From a virus (Duplodnaviria; Caudoviricetes), in the IMG/VR virus record IMGVR_UViG_3300022876_000012, positions 1 to 36,355 of that record: a DNA stretch of 36,355 bases. One strand, given 5' to 3'. The notes under the pieces were generated by a model. The model saw only the letters and a list, made by a program, of their open reading frames with translations. It searched no databases and had not been told where the DNA came from. Shown here piece by piece: positions 18,550 through 27,262 of the stretch (position 1 is its first letter; every line of letters starts with the position of its first letter). The position numbers and the translations under genes are program-made.

Positions 18550-18882
18550 ATGAACACCGAAGAAACCAATACCGAAGCTCTGCCGGCAGTCGATGACAAC
18601 ACTGTCATCCTCGATACCGCGATACAGCGCGGCAAGAGTCAGATCGACAGCCTCACCCTGCGCAAGCCTTGTTCCGGCGAACTGCGCGGCGTACACCTGG
18701 TGGACCTGCTGAATCTCGACGTCGCCGCCCTGCTCAAGGTGCTGCCGCGCATTACCTCGCCGAGCATCACCGCCACCGAAGCCGCCGGAATGGATCCGGC
18801 CGACCTCCTCGCCTGCGGCAACAAGGTTGCGCATTTTTTGTTGCAGAAGTCGGTGAGGACGGACGCCTCCCTCGTTGCGTAG
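18550..18882 (+). CDS. E: Tail assembly chaperone gpE
   Basis: LRKP.SGELRG, LPRIT.P, MDPADL, ends with HFLL at a slippery site. Confidence 0.92.
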   Translation: MNTEETNTEALPAVDDNTVILDTAIQRGKSQIDSLTLRKPCSGELRGVHLVDLLNLDVAALLKVLPRITSPSITATEAAGMDPADLLACGNKVAHFLLQKSVRTDASLVA

Positions 18883-19010
18883 AGGACGCCATGGCCGATC
18901 TGGCTGTGGTTTTTCACTGGGCGCCGGCTGACATGGACCAGCTGGGCCTGCAAGAACTGATGGACTGGCGCGAGCGCGCCAGGGTGCGGAGTTCCACCGA
19001 TGGCGAATGA
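18834..19010 (+). CDS. gpE' extension reached by programmed -1 frameshift (gpE+E')
   Basis: TTTTTTG at 18834-18840; the -1 frame is open to 19010 and encodes MADLAVVFHWAP..M..L.ELMDWRERA. Confidence 0.88.
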   Translation, partial: FFVAEVGEDGRLPRCVEDAMADLAVVFHWAPADMDQLGLQELMDWRERARVRSSTDGE

Positions 19011-21723
19011 TTTGAAACTTCAGGTACTGCTCAACGCGATTGACCGGGCGAGCGGTCCCCTGAAGGCCATCGACAAGGGCAGCATTGGTGCTGCCCGGGC
19101 ACTCAAGGAAGCGCGCGACCGTCTCAAGGAACTCAACGCCCAGCAGAAAGACGTCAGCGCCTGGCGCACCCAGCGCGCCGCCGCTGAACAGACTGAAACC
19201 GCCCTCACCTCGGCCCGCGATAAAGTCCGCGCACTCAGCCAACAGTTTGCCACCACGGGCGTTCCGACCAAGGCAATGGCCAAGGATTTCCGCACGGCCG
19301 TGCGCGAGGCTCAGCGGCTCAAGGAACAGCACCAGCAGCAGTCGGAACAATTGCAGTCGCTACGCTCGAAACTATACGGCGCCGGGATCAGCACCAAAGA
19401 CCTCGGCACGCACGAACGCCAGTTGCGCGAGCAGATCGGCGCCACCAATGCGAGCATCAGTGAACAGGGCAATCGGCTGGCAGCATTGAATGCGCAGCAG
19501 AAGCGCATGGCGATCGAGCGCAACAGGCTGGCGAAGACTCAAAGTCTGGCCAGCGATATGGCAGTCAATGGTGCCGCCGGTTTAGGGGCAGGCTATGCGA
19601 TCAGCCGCCCGTTGAAACAAGCAGTGGATGCATTCGCGCCGAACGAGGATTCGGCTACTCAGCTGAAGGTGTCGATGATGGACGACACCGGCAAGGTCGC
19701 TGAGGACTTCCAAAAAATCACCGACCTCGCGACGAAACTGGGCGACCGCCTGCCAGGCACTACCGCCGACTTTCAGGAAATGATGACGATGCTGCGCCGC
19801 CAAGGCCTCAGCGCGCAGAGCATCCTTGGAGGTACCGGCGAAGCGGCGGCATACCTGGGCGTGCAGTTGAAGATGCCGGTGACTGAGGCCGCCGAGTTCG
19901 CGGCGAAGATGCAGGACGCCACCCGCACGTCTGAGAAGGACATGATGGCGCTGATGGACACCATACAGCGTGGTTTCTACTCGGGCGTCGACTCGACCAA
20001 CATGCTGCAGGGCTTCAGCAAGATTGCCCCGGTGATGGATACGATCAAGAAATCCGGGATTGAGGCCGCTAATGAGCTGGCTCCGTTGCTGATCATGATG
20101 GATCAAGCCGGTATGGAAGGTGGTTCGGCCGGTAACGCGTTCCGCAAAATCTTCCAAGCGGGCTTGGACAAAGATAACGTCGGCAAAGCCAACAACATCG
20201 CCAAGGCAACCGGCGAGGACGTGTCGTTCAAATTCACGGACGACAAAGGCAACTTCGCGGGCCTTGAAAATCTCTACGCTCAGGTTGAAAAACTGAAAGC
20301 GTTCAACGATGAAGACCGTGGCGCCATCATCAAAAAGCTGTTCGGTGACGACGCCGAGACACTGACCACCCTCAACACCATGATGAACAAAGGGCTGGCT
20401 GGTTATCGCGAGGTTCAGCAAAAGCTCCAGAGCCAGGCCGACCTGCGTAATCGGGTCAACGAGCAACTCGGCACGCTGACCAACGTTATGGAAGCTGCCG
20501 AGGGCAGTTTTACCAACGCCATGGCCGAGTTCGGCGCCGCCGTCGCGCCCGAACTCAAGGAACTGATCAACACCCTGGGCGAAGTTGCAAACAAGGTCGG
20601 TGCTTGGGCACGGGAGAATCCGAAACTCGCCGGCGGGCTGGTCAAAGTCGTAGCCTTAGTGGCCGGCCTCTCAGTCGTATTCGGTGGTCTGGCAATTGGC
20701 ATGGCCAGCTTGCTCGGTCCCTTCGCCGTGATTCGCTATGGCATGGCAATGTTTGGCATGCAGGGTGGTGGCACGCTACGAATCATGCAGAAGCTCTTGC
20801 CCACCATCACCGGTTTGGCCCGCAATGCACTCCCGATGCTGGGCCAAGGTGTTCGATTGCTCGCCAGCACTCTAAGTGGTGCACTGGTCACCGCCCTGCG
20901 AACCGTCAGCATTGCATTGTGGGGCCTCGCAACCAACCCGGTAGCGCTGGCCATTGGTGCCGTTGTTGCGGCACTCGCCGGTGCGGCTTACCTGATCTAC
21001 ACCAACTGGGACGCGGTGAAACTCTACTTCAGCAACGCTTGGACCGAGATCAAAGCCGGCTTCAGCGGCGGCATCGGCGGCATTCTCACCACGCTCGCCA
21101 ACTTCAGCCCCATCGGCCTGATCTACCAGGCCTTTGCCGGGGTGCTGAGTTACCTCGGCGTGGATCTGCCGAGCCGCTTTACCGAGTTCGGCAACATGCT
21201 CGTCAACGGTCTGGTCAACGGTCTGCGCGCGGGACTGGGGCAGATCACCAGCGCCGTTGGCTCTATTGCCGATTCGGCAATCAACATGTTCAAGGAAAAG
21301 CTCGGCATTCACAGCCCTTCCCGCGTGTTCACCGCGCTCGGCGGCTTCACCATGGCCGGCCTGACCCAAGGTCTGGAAGGTGGCCAAAACGGGCCGCTGG
21401 GCGCAATTTCCGACATGGGCAAGCAAGTCGTTTCTGCCGGGCAGCAAGCGCTCGGCGCCGTGGCCGGGCCGCTGGGCGCCATCGGACTTCCGCAGTTGCC
21501 GACCGGCGCCGCCGCATCCTCTTCAGTGTCGATCGACAATCGCGCGCCCATCAGCCCGGCGCCGGCCGCTGCCTACGACAGCCACGACACCTACGAAATC
21601 AACATCCACACCACGCCCGGCATGGATGAGCGCGCCATCGCCCGAGCCGTGCGCGCCGAGCTGGCCCGCGTCTCCAGCGAAAAAAACGCCCGCCAGCGCA
21701 GCAAACTGTCCGACCTGGAGTAA
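19000..21723 (+). CDS. T: Tail tape measure protein, P2 gpT
   Basis: 907 aa, Ala-rich and helical, LQVLLNAIDRASGP start, KLGIHSPSRVF; follows E/E'. Confidence 0.94.
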   Translation: MANDLKLQVLLNAIDRASGPLKAIDKGSIGAARALKEARDRLKELNAQQKDVSAWRTQRAAAEQTETALTSARDKVRALSQQFATTGVPTKAMAKDFRTAVREAQRLKEQHQQQSEQLQSLRSKLYGAGISTKDLGTHERQLREQIGATNASISEQGNRLAALNAQQKRMAIERNRLAKTQSLASDMAVNGAAGLGAGYAISRPLKQAVDAFAPNEDSATQLKVSMMDDTGKVAEDFQKITDLATKLGDRLPGTTADFQEMMTMLRRQGLSAQSILGGTGEAAAYLGVQLKMPVTEAAEFAAKMQDATRTSEKDMMALMDTIQRGFYSGVDSTNMLQGFSKIAPVMDTIKKSGIEAANELAPLLIMMDQAGMEGGSAGNAFRKIFQAGLDKDNVGKANNIAKATGEDVSFKFTDDKGNFAGLENLYAQVEKLKAFNDEDRGAIIKKLFGDDAETLTTLNTMMNKGLAGYREVQQKLQSQADLRNRVNEQLGTLTNVMEAAEGSFTNAMAEFGAAVAPELKELINTLGEVANKVGAWARENPKLAGGLVKVVALVAGLSVVFGGLAIGMASLLGPFAVIRYGMAMFGMQGGGTLRIMQKLLPTITGLARNALPMLGQGVRLLASTLSGALVTALRTVSIALWGLATNPVALAIGAVVAALAGAAYLIYTNWDAVKLYFSNAWTEIKAGFSGGIGGILTTLANFSPIGLIYQAFAGVLSYLGVDLPSRFTEFGNMLVNGLVNGLRAGLGQITSAVGSIADSAINMFKEKLGIHSPSRVFTALGGFTMAGLTQGLEGGQNGPLGAISDMGKQVVSAGQQALGAVAGPLGAIGLPQLPTGAAASSSVSIDNRAPISPAPAAAYDSHDTYEINIHTTPGMDERAIARAVRAELARVSSEKNARQRSKLSDLE

Positions 21724-21729
21724 CCCGCC

Positions 21730-22170
21730 ATGATGCTTGCCCTGGGCATGTTCGTTTTCAGCCTATCCACCGCCGCCTACCAGGAACTGCAACGCCAGAC
21801 CGAATGGCGCCACGCCAGCAGCAACCGCGTCGGCGCCGCGCCGGCTCGCCAGTTCGTCGGCCGTGGTGATGATTCCATCACCCTACCCGGCATCATCCTG
21901 CCGGAACTCGCCGGCAGCGCCCTGAGCCTCGACGCCTTGCGCCTGATGGCCAATACCGGCAAGGCATGGCCGATGGTCGAAGGCAGCGGTCGGATCTACG
22001 GCCTGTGGATCATCGAAAGCCTGAGCGAAACCAAGACGATTTTCTTCCGCGACGGCACGCCGCGCCGCATCGAATTCACCCTCAGTCTCAAGCGCATCGA
22101 TGACGACCGTATTGACCCGATCGGCGCCGGTACCAGCGCCGGCGTCAGCATCATGAGGGCGCTGCTGTGA
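21730..22170 (+). CDS. U: Tail protein, P2 gpU
   Basis: MMLALGMFVF, WRH..N.R.G, EG.GRIYG, RIEFTLSLKR. Confidence 0.94.
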   Translation: MMLALGMFVFSLSTAAYQELQRQTEWRHASSNRVGAAPARQFVGRGDDSITLPGIILPELAGSALSLDALRLMANTGKAWPMVEGSGRIYGLWIIESLSETKTIFFRDGTPRRIEFTLSLKRIDDDRIDPIGAGTSAGVSIMRALL

Positions 22171-23429
22171 TCGATACCGCCCTCTCCCGCGTCACCGGTT
22201 TTCTGGACAAGACCATCGAGCGCTACAAGCGCGAGGCGGCCTACCCGGTGCCGGCGTTTCGTATCACCGTGGATGGCAACGATATCGCTCAACTGATCAG
22301 TCCTCGTCTTATGAACCTGGACCTGACCGACAACCGTGGCATCGAGGCCGATCAACTAAGCATCACCCTCAGCGACCACGACGGACTGCTCGCCATCCCA
22401 CCAAAGGGTGCGGTGATTCGGTTATGGCTCGGCTGGAGTGATACGGGCCTAGTGGACAAGGGGACTTACACTGTCGACGAAACCGAGCATTCCGGCGCGC
22501 CCGACGTATTGAGCATTCGCGCCCGCTCGGCCGACCTGCGCAAAGGCCTGAAGACCAAACGCGAACGCAGCTGGAGCAACACCACGCTCGGCGACGTGCT
22601 GGGCGATATCGCCCTCGGCAACGGACTGACCGCAACCATCGCCGGCGCCCTCGACGGTTTGCCCATCCTGCAACTGGACCAGGCCAACGAGTCCGACGCC
22701 AACCTGATCAGCCGTGTCGGCGAAGAGTTCGACGCCGTGGTCACAGTCAAAGCCGGGTGCCTGCTGTGTCTTCCGGCCGGCGGAGGCAAGACCGCCAGCG
22801 GCGCCGAGCTGCCCCACATCACGCTTACCCGCGCCGACGGCGACCAGCACCGCTACCTGCAAGCAGACCGCGACAGCTACGACGGCGCACGCGCTTACTT
22901 CTACGATGTGAACAGCGCCAAGAAACAGGAAGCCATCGCCGGCGGAGGGGAAAATTTGAAGGATCTGCGGCATACCTACAGCGATCGACAATCTGCCTTG
23001 CGCGCCGCACGTGCCGAGTTCAACCGGTTGCAGCGTGGGAGTGCAACGCTCAGTTACACCTTGGCCATGGGCCGTCCGGATTTGATACCAGAGCTGACCT
23101 ACACGCTGGAAGGTGTGAAGCCTGAGATCGACGAAATCATCTGGTACGGCGGAAACGTGCAGCACACGCTCAGCGCGGACAACGGATACACCGTCAGCTT
23201 GGAGCTGGAAAGCAAGCTGCCAGAGGATTCCGTTGAGGGATTGGCGGAAGAGAACAAAGGGGATTTCACAGGAATCATCGCGTACTACCGCGACAAGAAG
23301 ACAGGGAAAGAGAAAACCGTAACAGCTGGAGATCAGAGTAATCCAAGACGATTACGGTGGCTATATGCCACGGAGCGAACAGCGAAACGGGCGGTCAATA
23401 GGGAATTCAAAAAACTCCCTATTGTGTGA
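22167..23429 (+). CDS. D: Baseplate hub protein, P2 gpD, with C-terminal duplicated segment
   Basis: LTDNRG.EADQL, KG.YTVDE.EHSGAPD, DQANESD, G.ATLS.TLA.GRPDL. Confidence 0.93.
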   Translation: MIDTALSRVTGFLDKTIERYKREAAYPVPAFRITVDGNDIAQLISPRLMNLDLTDNRGIEADQLSITLSDHDGLLAIPPKGAVIRLWLGWSDTGLVDKGTYTVDETEHSGAPDVLSIRARSADLRKGLKTKRERSWSNTTLGDVLGDIALGNGLTATIAGALDGLPILQLDQANESDANLISRVGEEFDAVVTVKAGCLLCLPAGGGKTASGAELPHITLTRADGDQHRYLQADRDSYDGARAYFYDVNSAKKQEAIAGGGENLKDLRHTYSDRQSALRAARAEFNRLQRGSATLSYTLAMGRPDLIPELTYTLEGVKPEIDEIIWYGGNVQHTLSADNGYTVSLELESKLPEDSVEGLAEENKGDFTGIIAYYRDKKTGKEKTVTAGDQSNPRRLRWLYATERTAKRAVNREFKKLPIV

Positions 23430-23442
23430 CAGACTTGAAATC

Positions 23443-25305
23443 TCAAGATTTGAGCTGGTCAATACGCTTGATTGCATCCTCTACAACCCGAACCCCTTCG
23501 ACACATTGAACGCGGCGATATCCGAATCCTTCTTCAGCCGCAAATTTTTCTCGCAGTTTTACTAACGCATCTCGCTCATCTAAAATCACCAAGACCGCAC
23601 CTGTGACTGAAAACCTACTCCTTATTATTGCGTTCAACTTACTCAATGTTTTTCCGCTAGCGCCTCTAAAAAACGCCTCAACATCCTCGGAAGCCAGATA
23701 CTTGAAAAGCGGCATACTGTAATGATTGGAACGCTCGTGCAGTAAAGACAACTCCGGATCACAAAACCATCCCTGAAGACTCTCCACAAAGGAACTTACC
23801 AATTCAAACTCTGTAGCAACCTCATTCCATTCTAGAAGCGCTTTATCTAGCGAAGAAGTATCCGAAAGCCCTCTACGAAAGAAGAAATAATCATCCAGCC
23901 CACATTCAAAATTATAACCCTCTTGACCGACAAGGGCCTGCCATTTAGCTATCGCACCCTCAAATACACCACTCAACTCTTCCAGATCTACAGGCAACCC
24001 TCCCCGCTGCGCATCATAACAAAACTCAGACGTTAATGATGCGACTTTACTTATATTGCACACACCGGGACGAGGATTATTTACCAACTCTAAAACATCT
24101 TCAAAATAAGTTAAATAATCATTTTCCGAAAGTTCAGCGCGCTCAATTAATCGTTCATAAACACTACAAATCGGCCGATCAGAAAGATCAACCGCATTCT
24201 CATCAATCAAAAGTACATTCTTGAGCGATTCAATCTCAAGCTTACTATGTAGTATATAGTCAGTTATAAACCCGAACTGAGTAGCGCCATTGCAAGCCAA
24301 GGACGGTAAGGATTGAATAAACAAATCTTCTTCCCCAAACACTACTGGATTCGCTTGACGCGACAACATCATAATACTCAATTGACGCTGATAATAACCA
24401 TTACAAATACTTCGTAGCGTTTCTACTTGACTCTCTGTTTTCTTTCCACGACGCTTTGAAACCAATGACGCCAGAAATACAATCTGATAAAGCAAACTTA
24501 CATTATTTAGATTTAATATCCCTTGCCCACCCAGCGAGTCTTTGTACAACAAAACCCTCCCAAGCATGTCCAAGGAGCTTGCTATTGTTCTTATATTCTT
24601 TATCTTTAGAGCTTCAACCACCGGTAATAGGTGACTATTTTTTACCTTCTCCAACTCCGCTGCCAGGTCTTCAGATAACATATTTAAAGACTGATTAAGC
24701 GCCTCACCTTCAGTCATTTTTATTGGAACATCTTTCCAGATATTTTTTTCGTACGCGTCCGAATGAACTGATCCGTGCGAAAGTCTTGTTTCATCCAACA
24801 ACAGAATCACTTTCCTAGATTTGAACTCAGAATAGTAATTTATTTCCGCCCAAGCTTTCGAAAAATTAGTATTATCCAAGCGATCAAGATCATCAAAGCA
24901 CAAGACGTAACCATCTAGAGAATCAATTATTCTCTTTTTTACCGCGCTCCCCACAGCCATAACCGCAGCACTCATAACCCCCGAATTTTTAGGATCAGAG
25001 GTAATACCTGTAAACAACCCTGTTAGCAGCGTCCCAACACTTGCTTTTGACTTATCATCTACGTCCTTGATTCCGGACAACTCCTCAATCAAGAAGTCAT
25101 CTAGGCCCTTACCAGAAACCCCATACGAATATAAAGAAACGTACAAACTTTTGGAGCCAGCACGGGTGATTGCTTTGGTTATTACATTCTTAAACAAATG
25201 AGTTTTCCCACTTCCCCACTCCCCAGTAACAACCAAGGCGCCGGTTCTTTTTGATTGAAGAAACTCACCCGTGACCTCAGTCCAATAATCAATTAAACCG
25301 TCCAT
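23443..25305 (-). CDS. Moron: KAP-like P-loop NTPase with long helical C-terminal region
   Basis: VVTGEWGSGKT (Walker A), YVSLY, VLCFDDLDR (Walker B), NIR motif; GAGGAGG RBS; AT-rich; convergent with D. Confidence 0.85.
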   Translation of the reverse strand: MDGLIDYWTEVTGEFLQSKRTGALVVTGEWGSGKTHLFKNVITKAITRAGSKSLYVSLYSYGVSGKGLDDFLIEELSGIKDVDDKSKASVGTLLTGLFTGITSDPKNSGVMSAAVMAVGSAVKKRIIDSLDGYVLCFDDLDRLDNTNFSKAWAEINYYSEFKSRKVILLLDETRLSHGSVHSDAYEKNIWKDVPIKMTEGEALNQSLNMLSEDLAAELEKVKNSHLLPVVEALKIKNIRTIASSLDMLGRVLLYKDSLGGQGILNLNNVSLLYQIVFLASLVSKRRGKKTESQVETLRSICNGYYQRQLSIMMLSRQANPVVFGEEDLFIQSLPSLACNGATQFGFITDYILHSKLEIESLKNVLLIDENAVDLSDRPICSVYERLIERAELSENDYLTYFEDVLELVNNPRPGVCNISKVASLTSEFCYDAQRGGLPVDLEELSGVFEGAIAKWQALVGQEGYNFECGLDDYFFFRRGLSDTSSLDKALLEWNEVATEFELVSSFVESLQGWFCDPELSLLHERSNHYSMPLFKYLASEDVEAFFRGASGKTLSKLNAIIRSRFSVTGAVLVILDERDALVKLREKFAAEEGFGYRRVQCVEGVRVVEDAIKRIDQLKS

Positions 25306-25369
25306 ACACCCTCCTCACATAAACAACTGAAATTCTTTCAAGGTTTACTTTAACGCCCGAAAGAAATAC

Positions 25370-25401
25370 AAAAGCCCCAACCAAAAAGCTGGGGCTTTTT
25401 T
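25370..25401. terminator. Bidirectional intrinsic terminator
   Basis: AAAAGCCCCA-N10-TGGGGCTTTT, immediately after the 38-aa ORF stop. Confidence 0.75.
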
Positions 25402-25404
25402 ACC

Positions 25405-25521
25405 TTATCTCGACGATTGCACGAGCGCCTCCATAATCCTTAGCACATCTTTACGCTGCTGATCATTTAGCTTGGCCAAGAGGTGCAAAAAGAGGTGCTC
25501 CAAAGGGGTAAGGTTTTCCAT
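25405..25521 (-). CDS. 38-aa peptide resembling the repressor C-terminal region
   Basis: AAGGAAATGGAG upstream, terminator downstream; MENLTPLEHLFLHLLAKLNDQQRKDVLRIMEALVQSSR. Confidence 0.65.
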   Translation of the reverse strand: MENLTPLEHLFLHLLAKLNDQQRKDVLRIMEALVQSSR

Positions 25522-25724
25522 CGTGCATACTCCATTTCCTTGTGATGGGCGGGGCGCCATTCGCAGCACCTGAACCGCCCGGGAGTCACCCATTCTCAGC
25601 ACGGTTTCTGTGCCACCAGCCCCGTCAAATCATTTGGGTCCGGACTGAATGGGTGTCGCGTCCCAGATGGCTACTCCCGTACCTATGCACCACATTGGAA
25701 ATGTAAGTAGCAGTTGCGCCGGGT

Positions 25725-26501
25725 TTACATCACCGGACGCGGTGGCAGGGTCATGTAGACACCGTTCTCACCCCATCCCTGCAAGTTCCCTTTTGCATCG
25801 ACTATGTAGTACTCATTGAACATATTGTCTGGCTCATCCAGGCGCAGGCCACCATCCGCAAGCTTCTTTGCTCGATAGCTATATGTATTTTTCCCACCAC
25901 TTGCAAAAATTTGGTCCATGGAATATTTGCCATCGCGTTTGTACAACACGACCAAATGACCAAGAGCACCGTCGCGCATCCAGGATCCAAGCCGATCTGG
26001 ATATTCCTTAAGGTCCAACCCTTTCAGAGTTTCATAATCCTGCGCGCTAAGGCCGATGAGGGAGCTTTTGTAATCAGGATCAAAACTGGCATTGGCCCAG
26101 TACGCCTTGTCGTTTTGGCCTTCGATCCTAAAGCCGATGAATGTCGTCTTGGGTTTAGACTTCGTATCGGCGCGAACGGCCTTGGCTACTTCAGACAGCT
26201 CCGCATCACTTACACGCTTGGGTAAGACGACTTCAACTTTACGAGGTCGTCCCTCTTGGAAATCGTCTCTAGTGATCGTGTAAGCCTTCGTCGCAACACT
26301 CTGCGTTACCCTTTCGACAGGCTCATCCTTGTTACCCCGTGAGCACATCGACACTGTCACAGCGATGATGATTACCAGAATGACAAAGCCGCCGATCTTC
26401 TGGCCTAGGGTGACTCCCGGATCGGCAACGCCACAGCTGGGGCAAACCTTCGCTGAAATATCTACTTTGTGTTTGCAAGACTTACAGGGCTTCAAAGCCA
26501 T
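25725..26501 (-). CDS. Zn-ribbon, single-TM membrane protein with a large soluble C-terminal domain
   Basis: CKSC-x10-CPSC, TM segment GGFVILVIIIAVTVSM, AAAGGAG RBS; co-oriented downstream of the repressor. Confidence 0.85.
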   Translation of the reverse strand: MALKPCKSCKHKVDISAKVCPSCGVADPGVTLGQKIGGFVILVIIIAVTVSMCSRGNKDEPVERVTQSVATKAYTITRDDFQEGRPRKVEVVLPKRVSDAELSEVAKAVRADTKSKPKTTFIGFRIEGQNDKAYWANASFDPDYKSSLIGLSAQDYETLKGLDLKEYPDRLGSWMRDGALGHLVVLYKRDGKYSMDQIFASGGKNTYSYRAKKLADGGLRLDEPDNMFNEYYIVDAKGNLQGWGENGVYMTLPPRPVM

Positions 26502-26527
26502 TCGAACCGCTCCTTTCTATATCCATG

Positions 26528-26551
26528 AAAAAGCCGGCCATCGTGGCCGGC
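26528..26551 (-). terminator. Intrinsic terminator downstream of the repressor
   Basis: Minus strand GCCGGCCA-CGA-TGGCCGGC-TTTTT. Confidence 0.65.
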
Positions 26552-26588
26552 GTGTTGCGCCTACACTCCTGAGCAGTCATTGCCCAGG

Positions 26589-26948
26589 TCAGTCGTTCTC
26601 TTTTTTCCCATCAATGCTCGCGGCTTTTGCAAAAGCCGAAACCATACGAAGCAGCACCTCTCGATCCAAGTCCGTGACGCGCTGATAGAACTCAAGAAAT
26701 TTTGCCGTGTCGGGACTGATGCTTTCGACCGTTGTGGGCTTGCGCTCACCGGTCACCACATACAACACGTCGACTCCCTTCTCAGCCACGGCGGCTAGAT
26801 AGGTAGCATCAGGGCTACGTTCCCCCTTCTCGTAGTTGTATTGGCTGTTTTTTGAGGCACCAGCCTTCGCTGCGAAATCGGTTTGATTGAAGCCCAACCG
26901 TTCGCGCTCTTCTTTGAGGCGATCACCAATTCCCACAAATGTCTCCAT
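26589..26948 (-). CDS. XRE-family HTH immunity repressor (no S24 peptidase domain)
   Basis: IGDRLKEERERLGFNQ.DFA...SQYNYEKGERSPDA.YL...GVDVLYVVTG; divergent from the Cox-like gene. Exact start uncertain. Confidence 0.9.
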   Translation of the reverse strand: METFVGIGDRLKEERERLGFNQTDFAAKAGASKNSQYNYEKGERSPDATYLAAVAEKGVDVLYVVTGERKPTTVESISPDTAKFLEFYQRVTDLDREVLLRMVSAFAKAASIDGKKEND

Positions 26949-26954
26949 AGCGAT

Positions 26955-26983
26955 TTGACATTCCCACAATCATGGGAAATAAT
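26955..26983 (+). promoter_or_regulatory. Early lytic sigma70 promoter with a palindromic operator in its spacer
   Basis: TTGACA-17 nt-AATAAT; TTCCCA-N6-TGGGAA at 26961-26978. Confidence 0.75.
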
Positions 26984-27020
26984 TCGCCTGTCATCACACG
27001 AAATCACACGAAACGAGACT

Positions 27021-27233
27021 ATGCCGAACGGATACCCCACGGAGCAAGCGTGCCAAGGCGCCCGCGAGCGCCTCGCGCATCAAGGTCTATCTGCCAAGGA
27101 TTGGGCCGATCAACACAACCTCACGCCTTCTACGGTGTACGCCGTGCTGAACGGACAGAAGAAATGTCTGCGGGGCGAGTCTCATCGCGCCGCTGTGTTG
27201 CTCGGTATCAAAGACGGCGTGATTGAAAACTAA
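27021..27233 (+). CDS. Cox/Cro-position DNA-binding protein (BcepMu gp16-like)
   Basis: GLSAKDWA......VYAVLNG.KKCLRGESHRAAVLLGIK; first early gene. Confidence 0.85.
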   Translation: MPNGYPTEQACQGARERLAHQGLSAKDWADQHNLTPSTVYAVLNGQKKCLRGESHRAAVLLGIKDGVIEN

Positions 27234-27262
27234 GCCCGTTGGCTCAGGGAGGAAACCAGAAG

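Noticed and set aside
25405-25521. 38-aa ORF as a type I toxin
   Set aside because: Amphipathic and charged with no transmembrane stretch; similarity to the repressor C-terminus explains it better.
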